64,000 bases of DNA, from the NCBI GenBank assembly GCA_965203295.1, contig CBDBCZ010000010.1, positions 128,001-192,000 of the forward strand, written 5' to 3'. Within the stretch, counting starts at the first letter, position 1. Each line of letters begins with the position of its first letter. Below the pieces are notes generated by a model that was not told the origin of the DNA, did not search any database, and was given only the letters and a program-made list of their open reading frames with translations. Below are positions 63,181-64,000 of this stretch, piece after piece. Origin of the DNA: Nitrospirales bacterium. Lineage in GTDB: Bacteria > Nitrospirota > Nitrospiria > Nitrospirales > UBA8639. The translations under genes were made by a program, and so were the position numbers.

Positions 63181-64000
63181 CTATAACATACAAGTTTGAG
63201 AGAAAACAACATTAAAAAGTATCACGTAGGGATGGATTCTGAAAACAGTAACCAAACAATTTGCAAATCACAGCACATTATGTTCATGGAGTATCGTCCC
63301 TACATGTTTTCAACCACACACACCACAATCCCCTACCATTTATTAACCACAGCGAAACACGGTTGGAGTTGAATGAGCGTGAGAGGCAAACCTCTCACTG
63401 CTTCTCATACCAAGCATACATGAGGCGATAGCAATAAAGGTGAGGTGCTTCTAACCCTTCACAAACAAGAAAACTGCAACCCATTTTTACACTGCAGAGC
63501 AAGCACCCATCACACACAAAGAACCCACCGCCTCTTCAGCATCAACTTCCTGAAGGGGTATGTATGTGTACGTAGTATCCGCCCACTTGAACGCATTGCA
63601 AATGCAAGATGCAAAGTGAGGATACGAGGTACATGTAAGTACATGTATGGCCTACTTTAGACAAGCATGTAACATCGAATGGTTCCCCGCCCATGGGCAC
63701 TTCCTATGTATTCTACAATCAGGGTTCTGCCCACACTGGTCGGGCCTAACCACCACTCAGCTTTTTCTACCACCACTCAGCTAAAGTTTAACTCTATTTA
63801 CAGTACTATTAATATGGGAGAAAGTCAGTTTAGCCAACAGAAGTGTCTTGGAGATTGAAGTTTGACCACCACTCAACGTCTCCTAGGCAGAACCCTGTAC
63901 AATGTACTCTCCATTGTAGCTTGCTCATACTTCAATTCCAACCGTGAAAGCATAATTACGCATAAGTATACAAATATAAATCTCTTACTTGTAATGGTTT

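Larger units (their letters stand above)
58967..64000 (-). mobile_element. EnSpm/CACTA DNA transposon; other end not seen in the window
   Basis: CACTGCAAAAAAAG terminus at 58967, subterminal tandem array, then transposase. Confidence 0.8.

Overview
Eukaryotic, almost entirely transposon-derived window. Short GT-AG introns and abundant TACATGTA/CATGCATG motifs suggest an invertebrate, possibly a demosponge (inference only). No intact ordinary host gene, RNA gene or CRISPR array was recognised. In order: a 21-bp minisatellite, a Crypton-type tyrosine recombinase relic, an EnSpm fragment, a decayed Gypsy LTR element, a complete 7.7-kb IS3EU-type DNA transposon (TAC...GTA ends, 6-bp TSD), two hAT elements (one with a 5-bp TSD, inside a CRE-like non-LTR relic), a Kolobok-like element abutting a piggyBac, Helitron-like repeats, a Merlin transposase, a head-to-head pair of a DUF3987-like gene and a KDZ (CxC-type) transposase bracketed by inverted ~80-87-bp repeat arrays, and an EnSpm/CACTA element. 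The DUF3987/KDZ region is invaded by a second piggyBac, a full-length Ngaro retroelement, a LINE and MITEs. Five 636-659-bp TTAA-flanked MITEs occur, most interrupting other elements. The two candidates for an undescribed system are (1) the IS3EU element carrying a spliced IRAK/Pelle-like kinase gene with a possible Ig-like exon, and (2) the repeat-bracketed KDZ + DUF3987 module, possibly cargo of a giant Merlin element. All family assignments come from motifs recognised by eye; no searches were run.
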